A stretch of DNA of 64,000 nucleotides from Hormiphora californensis. Taxonomy: Eukaryota; Animalia; Ctenophora. A program made the translations under genes and the position numbers. How positions within the stretch are numbered: the stretch's first letter is position 1; every line of letters starts with the position of its first letter. Location of the stretch: NCBI GenBank assembly GCA_020137815.1, contig CM035356.1:5084001-5148000 (forward strand), read 5' to 3'. The notes below the pieces were generated by a model. The model did not search any database, had not been told where the DNA came from, and worked only from the letters and a program-made list of their open reading frames with translations. Positions 38,146 to 52,134 of this stretch are shown here, piece after piece.

Positions 38146-41100
38146 CTAATTCTTCCTTCTAAATGAGCATCCAAGGGTAATTCGGGCTTTGCCTCCGGTG
38201 CTCTGGCAAAGGATAGTGTTGCATGCGCTGCATAGGACGACAGTCTGGGCGTGGGAGAAAACAGTCGTGATCTGAAAAAGAAATCGGGTTAGGGAGAGAA
38301 TGGGAGAGTTAGGGAGAGAGAAAGATACAATGTGGGAGAGAAAAAGGGGAGAGAGAAAGAGATATCTATTTTCATTTTCCCCCTTCCATGAGGATACTGC
38401 GTGTATCAATTTGACTTTGTACATCTTGTGTTTTACAAGAGTTAAGGGGGACATGAACATGTGTGTATGTGTACATTGAAAGTCGTGGGGACGGGGTGAA
38501 TGAGAACACATTGCATTATTACTGGAAATAGGAATTTGAGGCAGATTTGAGTTGTATTTCATTGAGAAAAAAAGTGGATAAATAATGTATCAACAGTGTA
38601 TAGGACCGTGTATAATGTATATATAGAGACAGTGCATCTAATCAGACAAGTCCATCTTTATCATGTTCCGTTCTAACTCTTCAGCATTTGGGGGGGGGGG
38701 GGGGGAAGGGACAAGGGCGTCATGGAGTTAGGACTAGAGGTATACCAACAATTGCCCTTTTACATTACCGGTTACTCACAAATTGTATATGGTCGTGTTT
38801 CATATTGATTGGTCGTTAAAAATTTTCAAAAATGAGCAAATGTTACGTTTACTCAAAAATGCGGCACTTAATCTAGTAAAAATCAGTTGATATTCCAACC
38901 ATAGTAGTAAAAGTGTCTTTTGATCACTTTTATGTACTTTTAATTGAATTTACTCATAAATTGCGGCTCTGGGGACCAACTTTGCTAAAGCTGGCACCAA
39001 TCAAACAGAGTAAAAAATATTGTCACAATTTTCTGTGTAAAATACAGAAAAATGATACATATTTCTTATCCATAGCTAGGAGTAAGCAAATTACTCATAT
39101 TGTGCGGTGTAAAAGGTGGTTGAATTGATGGAATTTTTGGAATTGCATTTAACACCCCTCTTTGGTTCCGATTTATGAGTAAAGTGATACTAAAATGTTG
39201 CAAATAAAGTGAACAACCATATTAGCTAAAGAAAACTACAAAATTTTACTCAAATTGTGCGGTGCGGCTAAGAATAGCACAAAACTTTAACCTGCTATAG
39301 CACCGCACTAAATGAGTAAACAGATCTGAAAGTGGTTGGATACAGTTCATATGGCCAATATCTAATGTATCTACCATGTTTTCAATCTGTTTACTCAAAA
39401 ATTGCGGCTCTATTGACTGTCGGTTTAAATCAACCATATTTTCAGGTCTCGTACCGCACAATATGAGTAACTGAGAGTACCAGTTATCGCCTTATCATAC
39501 TCATAATTGTTCAAAGGAGATATGTGCAAAAACTTAAACATCAATTTACTCATTTTACACCTTAGGAGTAAGATTTTCGGTAGAAAATAGCTGTGTGCCG
39601 CACAATATGAGTAAATTTTTCTCAAAACCTAGCTAATCATTTGACGAAAAATTATTTCTAATTATTCTTGAAATTTCAAAAGTTTAATCACAACTAGCAA
39701 ACTATGAGAGCCCTGTGCCGTAACTTTGAACCGCACTGATGTTTTAGCCTATATCTCTGAAAGCCGTTGAATAAGAGTAACCGTTTCTTCACTAAAGTAT
39801 AGTTCAAAGTATTATGCACTTATTGCAGTATATGAGTAACCAGCCAAGCCTTTTGGTTGATTCGCAATTCTCTTCTGAAAATGTTTGGTCAAACGACCAA
39901 TCAATATGAAACACGACCATATACAGGTTTTTAACTGTGAAAAGCTATTTAGTAGAGTCGATAACTACATCGACCTCTCCCAATTGTTCCAAATTTTGTC
40001 ACATCTGTTTGGAGCCTCGACACGATCTCTAAACAGGTGTTACTTTTTCACAAACTGTTTTCATCTTGGTGTAATCAGCATTTGAAATGTTGCTAATCAT
40101 AACAAAAACCTGACTAAATTTTTTCAACTTGGGGTAAAACCATGGGTGTCAAAAGTTAGCTCTAGGTCCCCTGAGTAACCATCCGGAGACTCTAAGAGAT
40201 ATTTCAAGCCGTTCTCCCGTAATCATTAATCCCGGTGGTGAAAAAAATACAATGCGGACGTACGTGAGCGCTGACAGGCTGTTTACATGTTATTGTATGT
40301 CTCTCACTCTCTCTGGAAAAACCGCACGTGCGGTTGCGCCGCGCGAGATAACTCTTTCTCAAGGGGGAGAAAAGAGAGAGACGCACATTAACGTTATACA
40401 TTAAAGTTGAGGTTGTAGGCAATTGCACGTACGTCCATACTCAAATATGTGCTCTACCGGGATTAATGATTACAGGAGAACGGCTTGAAATATCTCTTGG
40501 AGTCTCCGGATGGTTACTCAGGAGACCTAGAGCTAACTTTTGACACCCATGGTTTTACCCCAAGTTGAAAAAATTTAGTCAGGTTTTTGTTATGATTAGC
40601 ATCATTTCAACTGCTGATTACACCAAGATGAAAACAGTTTGTGAAAAAGTAGCACCTGTTTAGAGGTCGTGTCGAGGCTCCAAACAGATGTTACAAAAAC
40701 TGGAACAATTGGGAGAGGTCGATGTAGTTATCGACTCTACTAATTAGAGGGCCTTTATTGTTTATAGGTAAGGACATGTATTTTCAATATCTCCAGATTA
40801 TAGGGAATTCTCTGGCCCCACACGGGAAGTGATGGGGACGAAACCCGCAAAATACTGGATGTGACAGGGACAGTATTTAGGTAAGGGTTTAGTGAAAAGT
40901 TAGAAACTTTTTCACTGATTATGCGGCTAATAAATCCTTATTCTTGGTTAGCGCTTAGATTTAATTCTATGAAGAAGATGTGTATAATACCGTCAGTCTC
41001 CTTATTCATTACTAAGGTGGGGGTTATTACTACTGTATTGACGAGTTTAAACACCGATATAATATTCCCACATGGGCTGACAAAGGAGACAATGTCACGT

Positions 41101-41492
41101 GGGTATTAGATCACACTTGTTGTGCATAGGACACCATTTTACAAGATACCACTTTACGATTAGGTCATCTTACTACCATCTTACTACCTTGGCAGCCAAT
41201 TAGGGATATTTTAAATTAGTACACGATGATCTAGGAGGACCTGTGTATTAGATCATCAAGTATTCGCAAATCAGAGATTCATGTAATGTGGAGAGAGTGA
41301 AAGCAGAAAGATAGCTAGAGAGAGGAAGAGAGAGAAAGATAGAAGGATAGAGAGAGAGAGAGCGTGAGAGAGAGATAGAGAGAAAGAAAGTGAGGTAGAA
41401 AAAGAGAGAGAAAGATAGAAGTATAGAGAGAGAGAGAGAGAGAGGAAGAAAGCGAGGTAGAGAGAGAGGTAGAGAGAGAGGTAGAGAGAGAG

Positions 41493-41581
<89 letters not shown>

Positions 41582-42126
41582 TAGAGGTGCTGAGGATTTT
41601 GAAGTTTTAGGAGTTGCTTCAAAACCCGATTTTGAAAAAAACTCTCTCATACCCAAATTCCAAATGAGTCAGCTGGCAGAGAGAAACACCTCAATCATAT
41701 TGCGTGTTTTATTGTCTATTGAGTTTGGATGATAGAGAGAGGAGAGAGGAGAGAGAAATAGTGAGAGATAGAGATAACAGATATTTAGAATAGCAGAAAG
41801 ACATATATGAAACAAGCGTGGTTTATGAATTGTCTACCCGTGAAGTTAGACATATAGGTTGTTACTAGTAGACATATAGGTTGTTACTAGTAGACAAGTC
41901 GTACTGTATTCCTTCTCATACAAACTACCACGAGTCTCAACACAAGAAACAGTGAAAACTATGCCATTAAAATCAATGCCCTATAACATGTATAACTCAC
42001 CTTGTAACATCCAGGGCACTTGACATCCATGAAGTAGGAGTTTGGGGACTGGACCAGCCTCTTGAGTTTGTGTGACCTCTTCTCACTCTCTGCACTGGGG
42101 TGCAGCAGGTCTGTTGTCAAGGGCAT
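38146..42126 (-). CDS. RPS27: 40S ribosomal protein S27, 2 coding exons (42001-42126, 38146-38271)
   Basis: [42 protein letters not shown]|[41 protein letters not shown]. Confidence 0.97.
38768..39843. mobile_element. Probable non-autonomous DNA element rich in TTACTCA/TGAGTAA motifs, in the RPS27 intron
   Basis: Ends CCGGTTACTCA...TGAGTAACCAG; roughly 15 or more internal motif copies; no clear TSD. Confidence 0.5.
39949..40743. mobile_element. Foldback MITE with ~285-bp arms in the RPS27 intron
   Basis: TTAGTAGAGTCGATAACTAC...GTAGTTATCGACTCTACTAA. Confidence 0.85.
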
Positions 42127-42400
42127 GACTATAACAAGGGGGGATTCTGTTAGTTTAATGTAGTGTCAAGGGCATGACTATAACAAGGGGACTTTCTGTT
42201 AGTTTAATGTAGTGTCATTCAAAACAGAAATAATCTATTAGTTCATGTTAAACTTGAGTTAAATAACGATATCATAAGGGTAACTGGAGTTATCTTTTTA
42301 AGAAAGTGGAAAAAGAGGTTTAAAATTATACTGATAACAATCAAATTATAAACACACTGTGGTAATAAATTAAACATACAATAAATTAATATCTATACTA

Positions 42401-42810
42401 GTTTACAAAGTTTACAAGTTTACAAAATTAAATTCGGCATACAATGCATAAAGACAAATATACCACGTTCTCAGCATGATGCTTCTACGTACAATGATGT
42501 GAATGATGCAGTGACCAACATACACTACCCAGGGGGGAGCAGTGTAACCAATGAGTTGTCGTTGGGACTCCTGTAGCCCCGAACTGGAGGGTGATCAGGT
42601 ATACCATCCAGGAACTTGCCGAGAGAAACTTTGAGATCCTCTAGTGTTTCGCATATTCGAACTTCTTTCGGCATCCTATTGAAGAGCTTGACTGACCTCA
42701 CTGAGAATGATCCTTCCCTGATGGTCTCAATTGAATCTTGGGCCGAAGTGTAAAGGTCCGGGTATTCAGCTAGGAGACCTCGCCGTGGATGAACCTTGAA
42801 TGACTCGTAC
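42401..42810 (-). mobile_element. CR1/L2-type LINE 3' fragment
   Basis: HPRRGLLAEYP...SFSVRSVKLFNRMPKEVR...KVSLGKFLDGIPDHPPVRGY...NSL*; (TTGTAAAC)n tail. Confidence 0.8.
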
Positions 42811-44177
42811 TACTAGAATAGAAAGGGGTAATTGTCTTCCCACGGTAACCCCGGAGGCTGACAATGAGAGTTTTGAGAAGACAGAAGGATAGCCTCTAGA
42901 GTTATCTAATTGGAAATACTTAATGTAATCCTATGTGAGGGTAGGGCAAGCCAACAACAATCTACACATACAAACGCTCAGACCTCATGTGTGTAAACAC
43001 GGTAAAATGAGGTGATGAACAGCAAGCACGTTGATTTATTGCGAAATCGGGCCGTAATAGAATGGATTTTGTAATCGAACTTGTCTATACACTAATTGTG
43101 TATTATGTAATTTGAGCAAACATGTTTTTTGGATGAGAAAAAGAGAAGGAAGAATTTTTAAAGAAGGAAGTAGAAAGGTTTTATTAGGGACCAAAGTGTT
43201 GAAAAGGAGATGATGCAAAGGGCCTGTCGCTCACTCTCCGTCACAATTCATTGTGTGAGCACCAGAGAGCAACATATGAATGAGATAACGAACGTGAGCT
43301 ACACTGAGACATGTGATCCCCCAAATCTCTGAAGGAGAGAAAGAATTACTCAACAGTAATGAGAGAAGTGATCCGACGACGATTTAAGGTTAGTCGTCAA
43401 TGGAAAAGTTTGGGCCCTTTTAGCATAGTTAGAATATGATGGTGCAGTCCATAATTTAGAACAGCTGAAACCAAACTTCCTCATTGATTAAGCGGCTAAT
43501 AACCAAATCAACCCATCCATGGTACCAGGTTCCCATTTATGTCGCTACAGAATAAAAAACGGAAGCGGTTACAGACCTGAAACGCTCGAGAGAGTAAGAG
43601 GAAGGAATGTTTCTTTTTAAGGGACGTTGATGTACTCTACATCTTCCTTTTACGATAACATTGGCCGGTAGAACTAAAGACCGAGACAGTATATTTATGG
43701 GTTATCAACTTTTACAGCCAGTATGGTTCACACTTCACGATTTGTAACTCTCGATTTCCCACACTCAACACTCAACACTGTCGAGTTATTTATTGAAAAT
43801 TCCTCTCAGTTGACTGGAATGGACATCAGGCATAGACATTAGAATCGCATCGCTCTTGATTTCGAATGACAGTAGAGTTGTACAATGTACAGACTACAGA
43901 CCACTCACGCTAGACGGCAGACGGCAGCGGGCAGACGCCGCACCGCATCCGCCATCCAGCACGCTTGACGAAAAAGACGCTCCGAGATGCCTCGTCATCT
44001 TGAGCCTCATGCTCATCTCGAGAGTGAAATCCGCGCCGCGCGAACAAATGCAGCGCGTTCCGATTAATTTCAAAACTGTGCAGAGCAAAAAAGTTAAATT
44101 GGAATTTAAAATTTTTTTAAACACTTCACGAACTTTTCGCAAATTTTCTTGTGAATTGTGACTTTTTTTCCTTTCGC

Positions 44178-44185
44178 AAAGAGAA
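44178..44185 (-). promoter_or_regulatory. Candidate TCT/TOP initiator for a non-coding first exon of RPS27
   Basis: Minus-strand TTCTCTTT about 2 kb upstream of the acceptor-preceded RPS27 ATG. Confidence 0.3.
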
Positions 44186-44289
44186 CGTGCCATGCTCTCT
44201 TTCTGATAGCCTACAGGGGTGCCGGGTGACAGAACGGTGAGACTAAGAGGCACGAACGGGGGGAGGGAGGGGGGGGCTGAGATTTTGGC

Positions 44290-45405
44290 AAAATCATCCT
44301 GGGAAAAAGTGCTGAGCGGAGTTCCACAAGGAACAGTTCTTGGTCCGATCCTGTTCATTGTCTACGTCGCTGATCTCAACAGTGCAGTCAAATTCTCGGT
44401 CACCAAAACATTGGCTGATGATACAAAGCTGATAAAAGGGATTGCGTCAGAAAAATCTCACCAAGAGTTGCAAAGAGATCTTCTGGAAGTGGGAAACTGG
44501 TCAAAAATCAATAACATGGCCTTAAATGAAGAAAAGTTCGAGGTTTTACATTACTGTTTGAACCAGACCTCCCTCCTACAACAGTTACCTTTCGTTACGG
44601 ATCTTAAGACCTACCATACACCAGAGGGTCTGGAGATAAACCCAAAACAATGTGTACGTGATCTCGGAGTCATGATTTCCAATGATTTATCCTGGGAGAA
44701 ACAAGTGGGGAAAATGGCGGAGGAAGCAAGAAAAATGAGTGGATGGGCATTGCGTGCATTCAAAACTCGTGACAGGAAAACGATGCTCATCTTGTATAAA
44801 ACGCTCATACGGAGTAAACTCGAATACTGTTGTGCACTCTGGGACTCACCGAAAATCTCAGACATCCAAGCACTTGAAGATGTACAAAGAAAGTACACTA
44901 GAAAAATCCAGGGGCTGAAGGAGTTTACCTACTGGGAGCGGCTGGAGAAGCTGCATCTTCAGTCACTTCAGCGTCGCCGTGAACGGTATTCTATAATCCT
45001 TATGTGGAAAATGGCTAATGATGAAGCTCCAAATAACATCGGGATCCGATTCTACCCATCAGACCGTCTCGGAATTAGAGCTGAAGTTCCTACCTCACCC
45101 ACGAGTGCACAGACCTCGATAGCAACTAAACAATACAACTCGTTCGCTGGACGGGCAACAAGGCTATGGAACACTCTGCCAAAGACGGTGAATTCAGCAA
45201 AAAGGCTAGAGAATTTCAAGGTTCTTCTCGGGGAGTGGATGAAGCGTTTCCCTGATAGACCACCTGTCTCCGGATACAGCCGTCAAAACAACAATTCAAT
45301 TCTGGAATGGTCCCGTGGGACTGTTTGTGCGGGGGATGTTCGATTGGACTGACACCATTATATGTTGATATATGAAGTTGATTACAAAGTTACAAAGTTA
45401 CAAAG
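44290..45405 (+). mobile_element. 5'-truncated CR1-type LINE (RT domain and C-terminus)
   Basis: SGVPQGTVLGPILF, LADDTKL, RDLGV, RSKLEYC, LQSLQRRRER; (TTACAAAG)n 3' tail. Confidence 0.92.
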
Positions 45406-46137
45406 TATTTCAAAACACCAACTTTTTCGGAAAGAATTTCCCTGTTCCGCCGAAGTATGGAGATATGTATATAATTCCGTAACCCCTGGGCTGTTCGCAA
45501 TTTGATGAATGATTATTTTAAGTATTTTGGTGTTCGATGCAAAGTTTTTGTTTACTGTTCACGCTCACAGCGAGACCGCAAAGGCCAAAGAGCCCAAGCG
45601 GTGTCGGTTACGGGTGTCTGGGTTTCCGCATATTTGTTAAGCAACTGGGAATTTAAAACAGCATGTAAAATTGAGGAAAAGCACATAAATCCACCCGGGC
45701 AGGGGAACAAAAACTTGTTGCGCTGTGTTAACCAAATGCAAACCAGTGTGTGTCTGAAGTCGGAACACATTTAAGGGCCTCCATATTTGTGGCCACAGTA
45801 TCTTCCTTTGTTTTTTTTCATTTCACTTTTTCATAGTTTTAATATCGGTTTTGGTGCTGCTTAGTAAATATATTACGACATTATGTTGCGCAGACTCGGT
45901 TTATGCAATTAACGACTCTCTTCCTCTTTCAAAAATTGCTCCACCCATCTTGTTCTAAGAGAGTGTCTAACAAGACCATCGTTATTTACTATTTACCAAT
46001 ATTTGACATTTGTCAACAATATTCCATCAAACATACACATGAAATGATAAATGGGAGTTGTTTGTATCAAATATCAAGTAGTACACTCTAACAAAAGTAA
46101 TATCACATATAGCATTGTGAAACATGACCTAAAGATA

Positions 46138-49100
46138 ATGAGAACAGACGAACATCAATCAGAGGAGTTGGAGAGTTCCCCCCTTTCTGAGAGTGGTGAG
46201 GAGGAGGAGGAGGAGGAGAGAGATAACAAAGATGAAGATGAATCTGATGAGGGAGAATCGGTAAGAAGACTCCAAACAACTGTGTGTTCAATAAAGAGTT
46301 TCTAGACTCTCTCACACACACGTAATAGTTCCTTGAGTATTATGACTACTGCACATATTATGACATATCTCAGACTGTTATGACACATTTACCACCTGGT
46401 TACAGGAGCTAGAGACAGCCAGGAGAAGGGCAGCCACTAGACGGAAAACTAAACGTGAAAGTGGCCACAAACCAACATTAGAGGATCTCCAGTTAGTGGG
46501 GGACTTGCTGTTTGCAGAGAGGCCTACTGTTGGTTACTCTGCTTTGGAACAGAAGGTGGGAAATTATTGAAAGTTCTTAGTTCATTATCATTATAGCAGT
46601 ATTACAATTCTCCTAATGATGAAATTTAGTTTGATCTGATGAAATGAGGTAATAGGTAATGTTTCTCTAGATGAGACTATGAAAATTAGTTTCATCTATA
46701 GAAGAGTTCATTTCTATTGTCTAGAACAAAATTCAAATCTTTCCCGTGTCTCTTTATGAGTGTCTTTTCCTGTCTGTTTGACTGTGTGTCTCTAAAATAT
46801 TTGACAGTCATATTCATACTATCTTCATTTTCCTGTTTGTTCGTCTGTTCGTTTGTATATTTAGGTCCAGTCGGTGTATGTTGTATGCAAGTCGCATATA
46901 TTATTTGCTCACACATCAGCAGCGAAATATATGGACTGTCATTTCGGGGGAAGTGCCAAAACTAACTTTAAATATTTCACATATAAGGGTAAATTTTCCT
47001 GCCTCCTGTTCTGCCGTGAGAGAGAGGGAGAAAGGGGAGATGGGAGGGAGATAGAGGGAGATGGGGGAGAGATAGGGAAAGAGAGACAGAGACAGAGACA
47101 GAGACAGAGACAGAGACAGAGACAGAGACAGAGACAGAGACAGAGACAGAGACAGAGACAGAGACAGAGACAGAGACAGAGACAGAGACAGAGGAACGAG
47201 AGAGATTTCATTTATTCCTTTCCTCAGGAGTTGATAGCGTTGGGTGATGTCAGTAAGCTGAATGCAGAGGGGCGAGCCTCTGTCTTTGAGAAGGGACTGC
47301 ATTTTGAAAAGAAAGGAAAACCAGGGTAATTACAGAGTGTAATTAGTAATTATTAATTACAGAGGTGTGTTAGAACTGTTTTACTTTCCCTAGATGGATA
47401 CTGATTGTCATGAAATATGATTTGACTGCCACATTCTTGACCAATATTTGACTGCCACAAAGCACACACTTGCACTGCTGGCTGTACATATTGCTTAGCA
47501 ATCTGTATCCCAATACTGCCCCCTGTTATTAATATAAACCACACTCCCTGTTTATAACCCCCCGCGGCCCCCCCCCCCCCCCCCGCTGTGTACTACCCCT
47601 CGTTATATTTCCAGGCTAGCCCTACAGTGTTACCTGGCGTGTATACAGGGTCTGGATGGAAGTGTTGGATTATTCCCAGAGCTACCGCTGTGTCTCAGAC
47701 ATATCGCCCGACTTTATTTTGCCGAGGAGGACTATGAGAAAGCTGTCCATTTCGTACAGGCTGAGAAGCTATACTACGAGACAGCATTACTTGGTAAGTA
47801 ACTTTTAGGGAAATGAAAAGGGGTAATCAGGAATGACAACTACATATTTGGGGAATACTAAAACCACCGTTTGATAAAATATTTGGTTGCTAAACGGTCT
47901 GGGTATGAGCAGTTCTTGAAAGTTCTATAAGAATGAGGATATTAACAAGTTCTAAAAGGTTCTATAATATAAGTTTGAACTATGTGCACATTAAAAAGTT
48001 CTTTGAATTCCTAGAATGACGTCTAGAAAGTGGGTGATATAAGATGCTTATTAAAAAGATATTGACAAATGACATCTCTCTCTCTCTCACAGCAACAGAG
48101 GAAACAGAAGATGCTGGATCTGAATCAGCTCAGGAAGATGGGTCACCTGCATCAAGATCTGATACATCTCCACCTGACGATCTGAGAAAGATGATGATAG
48201 CAAGAGCTCAGGAGTTTGAACTTCTGGCTGATATGTGCCTTCATAGTAAAAAGTAAGGGCCCTGAATCACTGCATATATAATTAGGGCCTTGGATATATA
48301 ATTGGGGTTCAGAGCGGAAATGTAAAACATAACCCCTTCCTTTTTCAGTATTGGTCTCGCTCTGGACTACATAGGGAAGGTAAGTTGTTACACGCACAAA
48401 TTAGAGGGAGCCCCATGTGCCCCAAACAATTCTCTCTCCGTGGCCCTTTCTCTGTGTGTAAGGGCCACATTTGGGCCACTTGTCCAGAAGTCCCCTTCAG
48501 TTTGAGTTAACGTAGCGCGCGGTGTCTTTTTAATAACCTCCCTTGCGCGCAGTGGTCCACCAACTCTACTCGGTCAGACAGCCAACACCAACTTACCATG
48601 TATCATCTGTCATCCTCGGTCCTTGCAGGTTTGGTGGAGGTTTAGAGGTTTAGAGGTTGGTGGAGGTTTGGTGGTTGTTTGGTTTTGCGGGGTTTGTCTC
48701 GGTTCTTTGGGTTTGGTCTGGCACTGGCAGCATGATTCATGTTCTCAACTTACTTAGTTCATGATTTTATACTTGAAATGACGACATATAATTCATTATT
48801 ACTTATTCATCTCTCTCGCTCTCACACAGGCAGCGAAGATTAGTGAAGCGGTCTATGGAAAGGACGACCAGAGGAGCAACCAAGCCTACGAAAAGTTCTC
48901 ATACATTTATGCAGAAGCTGGGAAAATACAATACAATGGTAGAGAGAGAAAAGAGTTTGTTAGCGTGTGTGTGTCTGCTTTGTGTGGTAGGAATTAGCTT
49001 TTGTTCATACCGTCAGTCGCACCGCCCTAACATACTGCCCCTAGATGCTCTCCAAAGATTCCAACGTCGCCAATCACAACTAGCCGCACCTAAGGAGGAA

Positions 49101-51223
49101 GATATCATACAAGGTAATTGGGGGAAACATGGCATTAGGATTATATTTGTATGGCATTATACCCCTGATCATTGTGTTGTTTCAGAAGAGGTCTATACCC
49201 CGGAGCAGAGCCTTGGACAGAAGATATTCAGTCTTCTTCTTCTCTTTCTCTTCTTTATCATAATCATCGTGGAGGTAAAAGTTGCCGACATCCCCCCAGT
49301 TGCCTTGTGCCCCCACCCCCTTGTAGCCTTGTTCCCCCCACCCCCCTGAGTTGCCTTTTTCGACCCTTTCGAGGTAATATATTACTTGTTTATATGTCAC
49401 TGTCACGTCTGTTTGTATTTTCCGTCCCATTTCCCTCTCCTTACGGAGTTTCCTACCGCTGTGTTTGTTGCGTCAGTGTTTGTTTATTAAGGGTACGCTA
49501 ACCAAAAATTTTTTTCGAGTGCAGGGAAATCTCTCACCGTAGGGTTGTAGGCCATGCCAAGGAGACCTCAAATATGCAATTTGAGCTCTCAAGTCGAATT
49601 CATATTTTTGCTACAGCTGTTTAAAAAATGTCCTGTAAATACGTTTTTGGCATCTCAAAAAATGTTTTTTAAAGATATGAGCATGAAAATTTGGGGATTT
49701 TAAGAGGACATGAAGGTGAATAACCGAAAAAATTTTTTTTGCAATCCGAGCTGATTTCCGGTCCTGAGATGGATTTCTTTTTTTCCACTTTAACGCCCTA
49801 TTTGGCAAAGTTCCGAAAACATGTGAAAGCTGTAAATTGGTGAAAAGTTGCGTCTAACGATTGTCTAAGTGGCCATAAATTTTGGGCGTGTCCTTATTTG
49901 AGATAAGCTGTACAGAGTTTTTTTTGTGTAAGCCGTCATTTCAGAAATAAATAAATTCCCTGTATCTCAAAAACGGCTGATCGTAGAGACCTGAGACTAT
50001 GCTTAAACGATTCAGAAGGTCCGATTTTGGGGGGGGTCTTCTGAGAGACATTTTGCTCCTACTTCAACCGTTTTTGCTGTAATTGCGAAAAACAAATTCT
50101 ATGGAAAGGGCAAAAGCTAAAATCCAATATCCTGTAATTAGGGAATTTTAGCTAAGAAAGGACCGAAACTATGGAAAAATGTGTAACAAGCTAATTCCTT
50201 CACTATTTGGTCCATATGGGTCCCTATAATCACCAAAAACAAAATCACAAAAAAATCCACGATGGCGAAGATGGGTTTTGTTTTTCGCAATTACAGCAAA
50301 AACGGTTGAAGTAGGAGCAAAATGTCTCTCAGAAGACCCCCCCAAAATCGGACCTTCTGAATCGTTTAAGCATAGTCTCAGGTCTCTACGATCAGCCGTT
50401 TTTGAGATACAGGGAATTTATTTATTTCTGAAATGACAGCTTTCACAAAAAAAACTCTGTACAGCTTATCTCAAATAAGGACACGCCCAAAATTTATGGC
50501 CACTTAGATAATCGTTAGACGCAACTTTTCACCAATTTACAGCTTTCACATGTTTTTGGAACTTTGCCAAATAGGGCGTTAAAGTGGAAAAAAAGAAATC
50601 CATCTCAGGACCGGAAATCAGCTCGGATTGCAAAAAAATTTTTTGTGGTTATTCACCTTCATGTCCTCTTCAAATCCCCAAATTTTCATGCTCCTATCTT
50701 TAAAAAAATTTTTTTGAGATGCCAAAAACGTATTTACAGGACATTTTTTAAACAGCTGTAGCAAAAATATGAATTCGACTTGAGAGCTCAAATTGCATAT
50801 TTGAGGTCTCCTTGGCATGACCTACAACCCTACGGTGAGAGATTTCCCTGCACTCGAAAAAAATTTTTGGTTAGCGTACCCTTAAGCCGTGTACTATTTT
50901 TAATATTTTCTCTCCTTTTTCTTACCCTCACAGGACTCTTAGCTCCCTCTCTTTTCCTCTCTCTTCCTTTAATTATTCTGTGGCAGCTGTGCGATAATAA
51001 TTATTATTGAATCCCCTCCTCTCTATCTCTCCATCACTCTATCTCTATCTTTCTCTCCATCTCTCCATCACTCCATCTCTCCATCACTCTATCTCTCCAT
51101 CTCTCTATGTTTCAGATTCTGCTCGTTATCCTCAGCTTCTCCAAGGGTTACCTTTACATTCCATCATCCCGGGAAATCACTAACGCTCTCCACTACATTT
51201 GGTTGAAGGGTACCGGAAGGTGA
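46138..51223 (+). CDS. Consortin-like membrane protein (acidic N-terminus, TPR-like consortin N-domain, C-terminal TM), ~10 exons
   Basis: ELPLCLRHIARLYFAEEDYEKAVHFVQAEKLYYE resembles human consortin LPLCLHQIAESYFQEEDYEKAMKFIQLERLYHE (from memory). Phase-consistent GT-AG exons lead to the hydrophobic IFSLLLLFLFFIIIIVE|ILLVILSF. Start codon uncertain. Confidence 0.7.
47083..47193. repeat. (CAGAGA)n microsatellite
   Basis: Direct reading. Confidence 0.9.
49491..50881. mobile_element. ~1.39-kb foldback with TTAA TSD and GGG termini (Kolobok-like) in the last intron of the consortin-like gene
   Basis: TTAA-GGGTACGCTAACC...GGTTAGCGTACCC-TTAA; ~600-bp arms and ~185-bp spacer. Confidence 0.9.
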
Positions 51224-51428
51224 TAATCCACTGTAACAGATAATTTGAGGAGAGAAACCCGCCTCCCTCTCGGTGTCGGGGCCCCGGGGAGAGAAAAGGG
51301 GGCATGCTGCTGACGACTGGGTCGTTTTTGACTCTTTGATATGGTTTCTAGGTGTTGTGTATGTTTTTTGTTCCAGATTTTTAGTTGACAGTTTGCCAGA
51401 TTTGCAAGACAAAAGCACCCAACAGTGA

Positions 51429-51503
<75 letters not shown>

Positions 51504-52097
51504 TGGAGAAATAGAGACTAGAGAGAGAGTGAGAGAGAGAGAGAGAGAGAGATACAGTGATCCATGGTAATTATGAATTAGATCAGCCTGTGTTGCTTTG
51601 TGGTCGTGCCAAATGAAAGTGCGATGAAAATGTAGAGTTAAAATGTGCTGAGCGCCGCATGTGTGAAGAATGTATAGCTGTGATACCGTACAAAATTCCT
51701 TCTCTCTCCTTCTCTCTCTCTCCTAATCTCTCCTGCCAGAATATTTATTCCCCTGTTTATTACCTCGACTTCGTTTCTTTCCTTTTCTCTCTATCTCTCT
51801 CGACCTTACTATTATCTTTCTACGTTCCTGCAGTGCCTTCTCCTCAGCAGCTCAGTGCCTTCTCGTTAGCAGTAGCTGCCTGCTACTGGTTGACTGAAGC
51901 CCTCACTTGTTCGACCCTCTCTCTTCTCAGTAGCTGCACTGGCTTTTGTTTGTGTGTGTGGCTTGCTGAGCTTGCACAGGTGTGGAAATATATCCGTACT
52001 GACAGACAGACAGGTTGTAACAGACACAAACTGACAGACAGACAATTATAATGTCCCTGTCTGTCTGTCTGTCAGCATGTCTGTCTGTCTGTCAGCA

Positions 52098-52134
<37 letters not shown>

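Noticed and set aside
38272-42000. Intronic snoRNA in RPS27
   Set aside because: No convincing C/D or H/ACA structure recognised by eye; an Infernal/Rfam scan would be needed
42401-45405. Tails of the two oppositely oriented CR1 fragments look like reverse complements of each other
   Set aside because: Short AT-rich units in diverged families; cannot be distinguished from coincidence
32678-50761. Pairs of near-identical short ORFs on opposite strands (32678/33489; 49611/50564)
   Set aside because: Mirror products of foldback arms, with no protein features
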